Shown here piece after piece: positions 57,701-64,000 of a stretch of DNA of 64,000 nt. The notes beneath the pieces were generated by a model. It saw only the letters and a list, made by a program, of their open reading frames with translations. It was not told where the DNA came from and did no database searches. The stretch's first letter is position 1. Each line of letters begins with the position of its first letter. The stretch is from Glaucostegus cemiculus. Taxonomy: Eukaryota. The position numbers and the translations under genes are program-made. The stretch lies in NCBI GenBank assembly GCA_976551045.1, contig CDPCPM010000037.1, positions 15,004,001 through 15,068,000 on the forward strand, written 5' to 3'.

Positions 57701-58852
57701 TAAGAATAACTGGCAATTACCTTAGTTGAACACTGAAGAAAAATAATAAGCCATTTATTATGTACCAAACAGAGGTGGTCCCAGGGTTACCTTAGCGTTC
57801 CATTCCTGAAAACAATCTGCAAACTGTATTTTCTGCAAGTTGGAAATGAGTGATTTCCCCCACAATTGTAATACGAGATCTTAAGCCTAGACAGCCTTTG
57901 GAGATTGATTTGCAAAGAAGGTCTGCACAGCTGATAGGAGATGTTACCAGCAAGTGAACTGCGACAACTGTTTGTCTGAGTGCAACTCAGGTGGAGTGGT
58001 GGGATAGGGAAGAACCTGATCTCTGATCAATAAGAAGAAACTTGTACATTAATGAGAAGTTGTTCAGGGTTCATAATATTTGACCTTAGCTGAAGCAGAG
58101 TTCTAAAGAGAGCATTGGCTTTTTCTATGGGCAACCTCTGCATAGTTTCCAGGTGAAGAAGTTCAAGTATTATACCTGATAGCAGAGTCTGGGAGAATTT
58201 GCATAAAGTCGTATCTTCACAAGTCAGATCTTCTGTAACCCAGGGACCCCCTGTATTGGGATCTGTAGGTATGCTTGTTCTGCCACAGAATAAGATTATG
58301 GCAGAACTGGTTGTAATTCTTATGTTGCATTCCTGCCTACACATTTCACCCCCTTACTTATCAAGATACAGAGCCATGCTAACTACTCAGAGCACATCCA
58401 CGTGCCGGGGTCAGCCTGGGGTGTGACTGGGGTCAGAACAACACACACAGCATCAATACATGCAAATAGCAAGCGCAAGACTGCTATCATCCTAGTGAAG
58501 GCAAGCCAAGGAATAAACTCACTCATTCCAGCATTAGCCTTAGTTTTTTTTCCACCCAAGCAGACCTCTGCACTTATTGTTAACTTGAAAACGTCGTGAG
58601 GCAAAGGGGGAAATAAAGTGAAAACAGCTGACCAAATACTTTTAGGAACACACCAGGTTTGACGTGTAATATAAAAGTATTCAATTACCACTCAATGTGC
58701 ACTATTGTTAATTATTCCAGAATAAGTCCAATGGGGCAATAAATATTTAATATTAAAACTTATCCATATTGAAGTCATACCTTGAGATCTTCATCAGTGA
58801 TCTGCTTTCCTGACTTTCCTCCATCATTCTGATGATTTCTATGTAGGAATGA
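569..58852 (-). CDS. PREX1: PREX1 gene, partial (coding exons 2-18; DH, PH, DEP1, DEP2, PDZ1)
   Basis: 17 exons join in frame (1901 nt) with GT-AG sites. Peptides [31 protein letters not shown] and [17 protein letters not shown] match recalled P-Rex1 rather than P-Rex2. Confidence 0.95.
2808..2902 (+). mobile_element. 3' fragment of a V-SINE/HE1-like SINE with CR1-type tail
   Basis: aaagacgtacaggtaggttaatt followed by ggactcggaaggccgaaagggcctgtt. Locally CpG-rich, so probably young. Confidence 0.65.
3010..3330 (+). mobile_element. Old L2-like LINE 3' fragment
   Basis: Degenerate SRLDY.N.LLAG...LHKLE..QN peptide (tccagacccgacc...ctccataaacttgaatgcttccaaaa). Confidence 0.55.
3533..3625 (-). 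CDS. PREX1: PREX1 exon 17 (93 nt), [34 protein letters not shown]1
   Basis: cag acceptor, gtaata donor, PDZ carboxylate loop YGF. Confidence 0.95.
3715..3790 (-). mobile_element. Isolated Rex1-type 3' tail
   Basis: The reverse complement ends tttcactgtatcttggtacatgtgacaataataaa, like the Rex1 tails elsewhere in the window. Confidence 0.55.
5540..6136 (+). mobile_element. Rex1/Babar-type non-LTR retrotransposon, 5'-truncated
   Basis: Frameshifted QQLYFL.RLRR / [13 protein letters not shown] / [19 protein letters not shown] / PGHAIFS...[18 protein letters not shown], then a 3' UTR and short tandem (ttgact) tail. Confidence 0.85.
7350..8640 (-). mobile_element. Old CR1/L2-group LINE RT fragment, interrupted by a V-SINE
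   Basis: Minus-strand peptide [14 protein letters not shown] near 8510-8560 resembles the RT motif AAFDRVWHQGAL.KL. Confidence 0.6.
7955..8298 (-). mobile_element. V-SINE, degenerate, near full length
   Basis: Reverse complement of the V-domain (gaaaccacagcacctggcagaaac...gtcacagggaaaaagtgaaaactcaacaca) plus a CR1-type tail. Confidence 0.7.
11304..11446 (-). CDS. PREX1: PREX1 exon 16 (143 nt), (V)[47 protein letters not shown]
   Basis: tag acceptor, gtaagc donor. Translated by hand. Confidence 0.96.
11885..12085 (+). mobile_element. 3' end of the old CR1/L2-group LINE
   Basis: caccttttcaagggccatgagggatgagcattaaatgctggccttgcc...cacatc, a recurrent chondrichthyan LINE terminus (recalled). 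Confidence 0.65.
12599..12671 (-). CDS. PREX1: PREX1 exon 15 (73 nt), [24 protein letters not shown]
   Basis: tag acceptor, gtaatc donor. Translated by hand. Confidence 0.96.
14400..14770 (+). mobile_element. CR1 LINE 3' fragment
   Basis: aagacagatgaggtgaaatttttcctcagggtt...tagattcttgata...agccatgatctcattgaatg. Confidence 0.75.
14929..15504 (+). mobile_element. Young Rex1/Babar element, 5'-truncated, with candidate TSD
   Basis: [33 protein letters not shown], one frameshift, then [39 protein letters not shown]. Ends aataaaa(ctgatt)n. aagattcc occurs at 14886-14893 and 15504-15511. Confidence 0.9.
15577..15652 (-). CDS. PREX1: PREX1 exon 14 (76 nt), [28 protein letters not shown]2
   Basis: tag acceptor, gtaaga donor. 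Confidence 0.96.
16510..16863. mobile_element. Penelope-type fold-back element, about 350 bp imperfect palindrome, with a hammerhead-like motif
   Basis: The left arm (~16545-16697) is the reverse complement of the right arm (~16716-16862). The right arm contains cagtcCTGATGAagggtctcgaccc-agaac-GTC. Confidence 0.8.
16949..16998 (-). CDS. PREX1: PREX1 exon 13 (50 nt), [16 protein letters not shown](K)
   Basis: cag acceptor after a pyrimidine tract, gtgagt donor. The preceding intron is only 176 nt. Confidence 0.94.
17175..17278 (-). CDS. PREX1: PREX1 exon 12 (104 nt), (V)[34 protein letters not shown]
   Basis: cag acceptor, gtacta donor. Confidence 0.96.
17585..18200 (+). mobile_element. Degenerate CR1 LINE 3' fragment
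   Basis: FISRGTE...[15 protein letters not shown] resembles CR1 FISRGIEY...[13 protein letters not shown]. Confidence 0.75.
19160..21022 (+). mobile_element. CR1 LINE, about 1.6 kb of ORF2 relic plus 3' tail, interrupted by a V-SINE
   Basis: [22 protein letters not shown] (RT), SKFPGNTK (SKFADDTK-like), [16 protein letters not shown], and tail ctactcctgctagtatttcttatgttttatg. Confidence 0.85.
19868..20130 (-). mobile_element. V-SINE with Rex1-like tail, well preserved
   Basis: Clear V-domain (tgtggaggaaaccggagcacccggaggaaacccacacagacacgggtagaatgtacaaactcc) and a tRNA B-box (ggttcaattcc on the minus strand). Confidence 0.88.
21030..21430 (+). mobile_element. Old CR1/L2-group LINE RT fragment
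   Basis: [13 protein letters not shown] resembles RSEVGMFADDCT. Downstream aaagcaagtcaggagcatagagg resembles KAQVRSVMEY. Confidence 0.6.
22470..23190 (+). mobile_element. Highly degenerate CR1 fragment
   Basis: Residual HLE.....RRNL.KMLPGL and gaagtgcataaaattat motifs. Confidence 0.6.
23370..23660 (+). mobile_element. DeuSINE (SacSINE1-like) fragment
   Basis: Deu-domain-like gatgcagaagatctcctggcaccattttgaagag and cagactatctggtcat, with tail aacagtgactactttgc...ggatgtcccgagttgttgaaaag. Confidence 0.65.
24678..24778 (-). CDS. PREX1: PREX1 exon 11 (101 nt), [33 protein letters not shown]
   Basis: cag acceptor, gtgagt donor, DEP core. Translated by hand. Confidence 0.96.
25517..25932 (+). mobile_element. 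Rex1/Babar 3' fragment, same subfamily as 5540-6136
   Basis: Shares ctgcctcaagaaggcaacatc, ggccatgccat and cagaagcctgaagtcc with the 5.5 kb copy. Ends tgacaataaacttgactt. Confidence 0.85.
26792..26939 (-). CDS. PREX1: PREX1 exon 10 (148 nt), (S)[48 protein letters not shown], start of DEP1
   Basis: tag acceptor, gtaagg donor. Confidence 0.96.
27386..27540. mobile_element. Short Penelope-type fold-back element with a hammerhead-like motif in the loop
   Basis: cacacacgaaatgctgaaggaacttagcgggtc pairs with gacctactgagttcctccagcattttgtgtg. CTGATGA at 27449-27455. Confidence 0.8.
29520..29765 (+). mobile_element. V-SINE, 5'-truncated, CR1-type tail
   Basis: tgtgtgggtttcctccaagtgttctggtttcttcccacatt...gtgggccaaaacagcctgtt. 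Confidence 0.8.
29770..30490 (-). mobile_element. CR1 LINE RT fragment
   Basis: Minus-strand relics [36 protein letters not shown] and [10 protein letters not shown]. Confidence 0.75.
32470..33705 (+). mobile_element. CR1 LINE cluster (RT C-terminus and 3' tail) with an internal partial duplication
   Basis: [11 protein letters not shown]...[28 protein letters not shown]...[11 protein letters not shown], and tail gggctgaggggcctgtttcc...ctatgactcta. Confidence 0.88.
32570..32860 (-). mobile_element. CR1 3' end inserted in the opposite orientation
   Basis: Reverse-complement tail (aaacaggcccttcagtccaactcatccatg) and peptide [14 protein letters not shown]. Confidence 0.85.
34716..34865 (-). CDS. 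PREX1: PREX1 exon 9 (150 nt), (A)[49 protein letters not shown]
   Basis: tag acceptor, gtgagt donor, PH C-terminal helix containing the conserved Trp. Confidence 0.96.
35025..35125 (+). mobile_element. Rex1-type 3' tail
   Basis: gtgatgctgctgcaagtaag...ttgcatctgtgcata...tatgacaag matches the tails at 6070-6136 and 25865-25932. Confidence 0.7.
35790..35900 (-). mobile_element. SINE/CR1-type 3' tail fragment
   Basis: ggccatttgacctactgagtctatgctgg...cccacttatttc resembles 7965-8050. Confidence 0.55.
37669..37784 (-). CDS. PREX1: PREX1 exon 8 (116 nt), [38 protein letters not shown]
   Basis: tag acceptor, gtaaca donor, phase 2-1 compatible with neighbours. Confidence 0.96.
38860..39340 (-). mobile_element. 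Very degenerate CR1 fragment
   Basis: caaagggtcccaaattcctataaccctc and ccaagtatggcctgaccagggc (reverse of ALVRPYL). Confidence 0.5.
39482..39615 (-). CDS. PREX1: PREX1 exon 7 (134 nt), [44 protein letters not shown](R), PH domain
   Basis: cag acceptor, gtaagg donor. Translated by hand. Confidence 0.96.
40275..41010 (+). mobile_element. Old L2-like fragment split by a V-SINE
   Basis: aaatttgagctcatctaaaatgctgctgcc...ttcaaatccttccaaggcctcac on the left and cctttaaaatgttccttgaaatccatctct...ttatgtggctcagtg on the right. Confidence 0.5.
40521..40844 (+). mobile_element. V-SINE, near full length, CR1-type tail
   Basis: tRNA-like head (gggatggcacag...ggtttaatcctgacc), V-domain, and tail gggccaaatggtctgcttctgttctatgcaactctatgac. 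Confidence 0.8.
42303..42485. mobile_element. Penelope-type fold-back element with a degenerate hammerhead-like motif
   Basis: aaattgttggaggaactcagtgggtcaggcagcatctgtgaagg pairs with cctccacagatgctacctgacccaatgggttcctctagcagttt. CTGATGC...aaaacGTC at 42405-42432. Confidence 0.8.
42891..43052 (-). CDS. PREX1: PREX1 exon 6 (162 nt), [10 protein letters not shown]...[26 protein letters not shown]
   Basis: cag acceptor, gtatga donor, end of DH domain (NINETKR). Confidence 0.96.
43692..43973 (+). mobile_element. Young CR1 3' end with an intact reading frame
   Basis: 43693-43890 reads [65 protein letters not shown], followed by the tail and (tcttgtga)2. Confidence 0.9.
44155..44250 (-). mobile_element. 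CR1 3' tail fragment
   Basis: cccttgagcctacctgtcattcaacatgatcttggctga is the reverse of tcagccatgatc..attgaatgg. Confidence 0.6.
46520..47055 (+). mobile_element. CR1 3' fragment with internal deletions
   Basis: [21 protein letters not shown] and tail ggccaaagggccatttcctgtgctgtactgttctatg. Confidence 0.82.
49105..49625 (-). mobile_element. CR1 3' fragments, rearranged or duplicated
   Basis: Reverse tail acagcacagaaacaggccctttggcc and peptide [11 protein letters not shown]...HIWDELPG. cagatcccttttaaatctttcccctc occurs twice. Confidence 0.85.
50299..50400 (-). CDS. PREX1: PREX1 exon 5 (102 nt), [34 protein letters not shown]
   Basis: tag acceptor, gtacaa donor, DH conserved-region motif [12 protein letters not shown]. 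Translated by hand. Confidence 0.96.
50470..51005 (+). mobile_element. CR1 RT C-terminal fragment
   Basis: [35 protein letters not shown] and [17 protein letters not shown]. Confidence 0.88.
51540..51644 (-). CDS. PREX1: PREX1 exon 4 (105 nt), [35 protein letters not shown]
   Basis: cag acceptor, gtatgt donor, DH motif YCSNHEKA. Confidence 0.96.
54150..55670 (+). mobile_element. CR1 LINE, about 1.5 kb RT relic plus 3' tail
   Basis: [39 protein letters not shown]...[34 protein letters not shown]. Confidence 0.92.
56060..56450 (+). mobile_element. DeuSINE (SacSINE1-like), degenerate
   Basis: tRNA-like head (ggttcttgttccactctggaga) and tcttttagataaaatgttaaacaaagcc...aaagatcccc Deu-like core. 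Confidence 0.6.
56465..56660 (-). mobile_element. DeuSINE fragment, opposite orientation
   Basis: caaggtcccacaaa...ggagaacgc...gtgagacctttaatagtcacctga...gggcctctatttaat resembles the reverse complement of the Deu domain. Confidence 0.5.
57060..57182 (-). CDS. PREX1: PREX1 exon 3 (123 nt), [13 protein letters not shown]...[11 protein letters not shown]
   Basis: cag acceptor, gtgagt donor, DH motif LFSNIEEI. Confidence 0.96.
58781..58852 (-). CDS. PREX1: PREX1 exon 2 (72 nt), [26 protein letters not shown] domain
   Basis: Acceptor ttttttccttgtgtctag, donor gtatga, phase 0-0. Length and the FLHR..QN......K.IT.E..K pattern match exon 2. Not in the ORF track. Confidence 0.88.
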
Positions 58853-59484
58853 CTAGACACAAGGAAAAAAGGACACATTATATTTGTGCAAGGGGTAGAT
58901 GCATGGAAATTTACATCAGCACACAAAATAGTTTAAAAAAATACCTTGCGCTTCACATTTTTTTTTTAAATCACCAAATTTGTTATCAGCAAGGATCAGC
59001 ATTCAAGGAAAAAACAGGAAGTGCAACGTTTAAAGCTGAAGTGTTTTCAGTGACAGCTTTCAAGTTTAAACCTGCCCAGGACGTGATGACAATATCAGTT
59101 AAAGAAGAGCTTGTTGACTGAAATTCTGTTTATATAGTTTAATAGCAATTTCAATTCATGAAATTCAATACCAAAAAAAGGTTTTGCCTGTCAATAACAG
59201 GCATGATCTTTACAAGATGAAAAATAATGTACAAAGCAGCACCAACCACCATGCATTGGCTTCCACCAACTTCTCAAAAGCCTTCCATTCCAAGAACAGG
59301 GAAGCGCTATTTGACAACGTACAAGCCATTACCATAACCAACAGGTTCACTATGGAACTGTTATATGCAGGTAGCAGGCAGCCAAAACTTTGGTCACCAT
59401 AGCCACGGATAAATCTGCCCACATAACCAAGATACAATGAATTAATTCCTGAGATAAAAAGAGTCCTTTCTATCAACAGAAAGC

Positions 59485-59875
59485 ACCTATACTTGAGTTT
59501 AGAAGAATGAGGGGAGATACCCTTAATATATTCTCAGTGATCCTACTGGAATTTATAATCATTAACAGTGGCTATTTCCTCAGATTCAACAGTACAAATT
59601 GAGGGGATGGTGCCTCAAAATAATAGTTGCCATGTACGACTCATGGAAAGAAATTCCCTCATGTTCAAGGCTGTGAATTTTAAGAGTTCGCAACCTCAGG
59701 TTGCTCAGAGAGCACATGCAAGACAGAAATATCCACAGGCAGCAAGACAATCAAGGGGCGGGGGCAGAGGATCAAAAATAAAAATAAGTTAGCAAAATGA
59801 ATCAGGACGAGCGTAGTGACAATTCATTTGAAGTGGGCCACCTCCTTTGTTTTGCTCTTATTTCTTATATTCTTA
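59485..59875 (+). mobile_element. Degenerate CR1 3' fragment
   Basis: ttgagtttagaagaatgaggggagat (EFRRMRGD) and tail gctcttatttcttatattctta. Confidence 0.65.
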
Positions 59876-60604
59876 ATATAGCAATTGGTAATTACAGAAC
59901 AAAATGCACATGAAATTTAAGATTAACTACCAAACTCATCACAGACCATGAAACAAGCACAAGTGTTTCTTCATTGTACTGCCTCCAAACTGTATCACAG
60001 CAGACACCAATCACTTGGACAGAATGCAACTTAAATTAACAAGCACATAAATTGAATTTTAATATATGTTTTGTTTAAAGCTAAAACTTCTAAGACTTGA
60101 TTTGGCAAAGTTTGGTTGTGGCCAGCTGAGTATTCATAGACAGAGGTGCAAATTGGAGGCAAATACAAGTTCAAGTACATAGAAACTGCTTAGAAGGCTT
60201 GACAGAACACATGCAGGGATTTTGTCCTCTCTGGCTGCATTACCTGGAGCCTTTCTGCCCCAAAACAATTATTTTAAATTTACAAATTTACTTAAATTTA
60301 CTTTAAACTTAATTTTATTTCACTTTCTGTAGTTGCTACGGATAGCAACTGTACTTGTAACAGTTGCTGGGAGCAACACCAATTTGTACTTCCCACAATG
60401 TAAGCTAAACTATAAAACGGTTTATGTTCTTCAACCATATTTTTATAAAAAGTGCTGACAATCACTATGCATCAGATTAAAAGATTTGAAAACCAAAGAA
60501 ATAGACTGAAGTTGAGATAGTAAGGCTGTTAGAGCTTGGCGATGCTGCTGTATGGCTTCATTCTTGTGCAACTTTCAGCAAGGTCAGCAGAATCCAAAGT
60601 CATC

Positions 60605-61010
60605 GACAGGAGACGATGTTCCAGGAAGGTCATATCCATCATTGGGGACCCTCACCATCCTGGCCATAACCCCTTCTCAATGATGCCATCAGGCACAAGG
60701 TACAGGAGCTGGAGGACCCACACCACAAGGTTCAACAAAAGCTTCTTCCCCACTGCCATCAGGTTCTTGAACCGACCTGAGAAACCCTAATACTACCTCA
60801 GACTATATTTCTTTATCCCTCTCAACCTGCACTAGCATCATTGTGTTTGTTATTTATTTTTGTGCACTGATAAGTATAATATGTTAAGTTTATGTTAACT
60901 TAGGTTTGTATGTACTGTGCACATACAATGTACTCTGCTGCTGCTACAAAAAGCTAACTTCCATGGCATTTATAGTCTATGTATTATGCCTACGACAATA
61001 AACTTGAATC
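60605..61010 (+). mobile_element. Rex1/Babar 3' fragment with intact terminal frame
   Basis: RRCSRKVISIIGDPHHPGHNPFSMMPSGTRYRSWRTHTTRFNKSFFPTAIRFLN, with tail acgacaataaacttgaa. Confidence 0.88.
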
Positions 61011-62191
61011 TCATCAGACACTGATGAAAAGATTGGACCCAAATTCCACTGCTGATTTTCCAAGTTTATAAAGACTTTCCCTTGCATGATTACTTGACCA
61101 CCATCATCTACAAGCTTCAGGAATATGGCCCATGTAAAAAAGAGAATTAATACCATTACAGTCAAGCTATTTTTTCAGAGCAGTTCAAAAAGGAAACAGA
61201 AATACACCAAGTAGCTGGTGCACAGTTTTTTTTTCACCTCAGAAGCACAAAGTACATTTACTGTACCTCTTCAGACTTGAGGAAAGGTTACAAACAAAAC
61301 ACTATTTTGTCATTCCTTCTGCACATGTTGAATGAGCAATTGTACATCAAGTACTTTTTGGAACATCTGGTGGCAATACTTGGTATGCCATCAGTTCAAA
61401 AGCAGACTTCCAATGCCAAGAAGGTCAAATGCTCATTGATTCCATCGAAAGGACTGATAGCCATAATGGTCCCAACTCTGTTTTGGGGTCATCCAATATT
61501 GTATTTAGGATTTTGAGACATTAAGTGGTTCAGGAAACTCAAAAGGAATCACATTTCTTCAGTTGTCAAAACTACTTCTTTCAGATTGCTGCACTTAAGT
61601 TAGAACAATTTTTAGTTTAAAACTCTTCAATCTCTTTGAACACCAATTTGCTTTTTACTTCCAATTGCAACACTGGCCAATCTCACCAGTGTTTTGAGAA
61701 GCATGCTTTGGGTTTTAAAAATGTCAATTTAAATTTCAAAAGTTTAGCCTAAAATAACTTAGATTTAAAAACAGCTCCATAATTACCAACTAAAAACATG
61801 ACCTTCATTGCATTTAATCTCTAGATCACATACTCCAGTCTGTGTCTTGGCTGTGGTTTCAGCCACGCCTGTCTAACTGAAAGACCAAACACTAAAGCAA
61901 ACCGAACAGCTTTTGCAAACTCTTGTAATCACTGAGACAGTATTACCTAGCCCCTCATTGTTCGTGTTTTTCTGAAATCTAACTTCAAACTCCAAAAAGA
62001 CCACAACAGTTTGTTGAAAGCAACTGAGTTTATTTGCAATTCAGCAAAATCTCTTAAATTTCATATACATTGAACTGAGTCTCACTTAAGGAAAAAAGTC
62101 ACTTTATTACTTCAACATCTTTCTATCTGCAGGAATCAATATATTTTTATTAATTCAACTCCTGTCCACAATCTGCCAATAACAAACCTCT

Positions 62192-62525
62192 CAGAACATA
62201 ACAGCACAGCAACAGACCCCTTAGCCACAATGTCTGCACAGCACACAATGCTGAATTAAACTGAATCTCTTCTGCCTGTATAATGATCCATATCCCTGCA
62301 GATTCCTATGTCTGCCTAATGCTACAATCATATCTGCTTCCACTGCTACCTTGGCAGCCTATTCCAAGCACCTAGCACACACTATGGAAAAATAAACTTG
62401 CCCCACACATCTCCTTTAAACTTTCTCCCTCTCACCCGAAATGCATGCCCTTTTGTACTTGTTATTTCTACCCTGGGGATAAAGATTCTGACTGTCTACC
62501 TTATATTTGCCTCTTAATTTCATAA
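62192..62525 (-). mobile_element. CR1 3' fragment
   Basis: agaacataacagcacagcaacagacccctt...cacatctcctttaaactttctccctctcacc. Confidence 0.8.
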
Positions 62526-63159
62526 ATCTGTCCTAACGTGAGCAAAGATGATGGACAGGGAAGTTGTTCTCTAGTCTTAAGTTAGACATGTTATTGGCCC
62601 AAGGAATAAGCAAGCTGTACCTGGAATCTCTGTTCAGTTGAACAGAAATGAACATGATTTTACTCAAATGGAATCTTTGGTTTAAGTTACATTTTTGATA
62701 TGACCATGTTTGGAATCTTAATTCTTAACAGAATACATTCCACATATTTTGTTCACCAAAAATGTGTTGCCACCTGACAGAAGAGAATAAAGTATGAGTG
62801 AATTATCCTGTGAAGAGATGGGCAACACTGTCATATACATGTCAGATAATAGATACATTAACAAATAGCAGTACATGTTCACATGGCAGGAGTTAGGTGG
62901 CAAGCATCTATTTCTGAAGAGTAACATCTAATTTGAGCAGCACTTTAACCAGTCAATACCAAGTCAGTGCCAGGGAAGGTCTCATCAACCTTTTCCCTAC
63001 TTGTACAGCCAAGATCGAACATTCAACCCCATGGATCCTATATTTCTTTTCAAGAATACACTACATGCACAAAGTAAACTATTATACAATGCAGGATATA
63101 GCCTTGTCTTGATTCACTGTACCAAGTGTATTATTAAATTCACAAACCATACTTATGTC

Positions 63160-63555
63160 AACATGGCATCAATTCTACATTCCCAAACATTCCATTGGCT
63201 AGAGACACTATTGCACAGATCCCAATCCCTCAGTGTTTGGTGGCAGGAGGTCCTATACTGTGGTCGTTCCCCATAAGCAGGTGCAGTAGATGCACCAAGC
63301 TTCAACATGCCCCTTAGCATGCCAATCAGTGTTTTGTTGAAGACAACTTGCACTGAAAGACAAGCAAGTTTTGGGCATACCAAAGTGCATATTTCAGACT
63401 TGATGATCTTCCAGCAAACTAATATTTGACTCAGTGTGCATCCAAGGAATAGCCAATGGAGAACAAGCATCCAATGTTAAGCAGCTCCCACCACCTCAGC
63501 TCATTGTTCTGGGTGGTGACTTCAAATGCATCAACAATGCTGCTTGACAATTTGG
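63160..63555 (+). mobile_element. Possible Tx1/L1-clade endonuclease relic
   Basis: LIVLGGDFKCINNAA near 63500-63545 resembles the GGDFNC motif. Upstream QEVLYCGR..VDA...NMPL resembles EVV.GRLL.AD...N.PLRLINVY. Confidence 0.45.
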
Positions 63556-64000
63556 TGAATGTTCCAAAAATTCACACATCTGTCAACATGGTGCTCGTGG
63601 TCATCTGTCCACTGCCTCCTGCTAACCAAATGTCACCTACATAAGGACCAGAATGTTGCAGAAGTACACGGTGGTTGAATGTGAACATGCCAACTCCAGA
63701 AAAGTACATTGAGTTTAAAAGGGATTACATAGGTTGCTTCTCCCATACACTGAAGGGAAGTGATCAATGTGAATATAAAGGTTCCTCATCATTAAATAGC
63801 GTTCAAAAAGCAAGACTGATTCAAAGACAAATATGAACTCTAGTGCCCATCCATCACAATTAACAGTTTATTACAACTTTTGTTCCTAAAGTAGCAACTC
63901 ACAATAAAAGCAGGAAAAGAAGATATTCTGGGCAAACAAAAAAAAGCACCCAATAGGGAAGAAAAACACCAAAGAATTTCACTCAATCATTTCAGCTGTC

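Noticed and set aside
569-58852. U12-type or non-canonical introns; pseudogene status; PREX2 identity
   Set aside because: All donors are ordinary GT with no GTATCCT, all phases are compatible with no stops, and diagnostic peptides fit PREX1.
1-64000. The many short ORFs in the supplied track as independent genes
   Set aside because: They are PREX1 exons with intronic read-through, LINE relics, or random AT-rich frames with no recognisable domain.
1-64000. CRISPR array, prokaryotic defence system or endogenous virus
   Set aside because: No repeat-spacer array, operon-like ORFs, LTR/gag/pol/env or viral ORFs are visible. This is vertebrate intronic DNA.

Overview
Vertebrate genomic DNA, AT-rich and CpG-depleted. 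Its repeat content (CR1/HER1-type LINEs, V-SINEs, DeuSINE/SacSINE-like elements, Rex1/Babar fragments, Penelope-type termini) points to a cartilaginous fish, probably a ray or skate. The whole window lies inside one minus-strand gene, PREX1 (PIP3/Gbetagamma-activated Rac GEF). I traced 17 consecutive coding exons (equivalent to human exons 2-18, 1901 nt, DH-PH-DEP1-DEP2-PDZ1). All have GT-AG borders and compatible phases, with no stops. Exon 1 and exons 19 onward are outside the window. Apart from those overlapping exons, the supplied ORFs are noise or retroelement relics. No prokaryotic system, CRISPR array or tRNA/rRNA gene is present. The most interesting non-genic signals are three fold-back Penelope-type elements carrying degenerate minimal hammerhead ribozyme motifs, a young Rex1 insertion with a templated double snap-back 5' junction, V-SINEs with two different LINE-derived tails, inverted repeat pairs around exons, nested insertions, and a few unexplained hairpin or palindrome clusters. 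Repeat boundaries and family names are by eye and approximate. Comparisons with human P-Rex1 are from memory.
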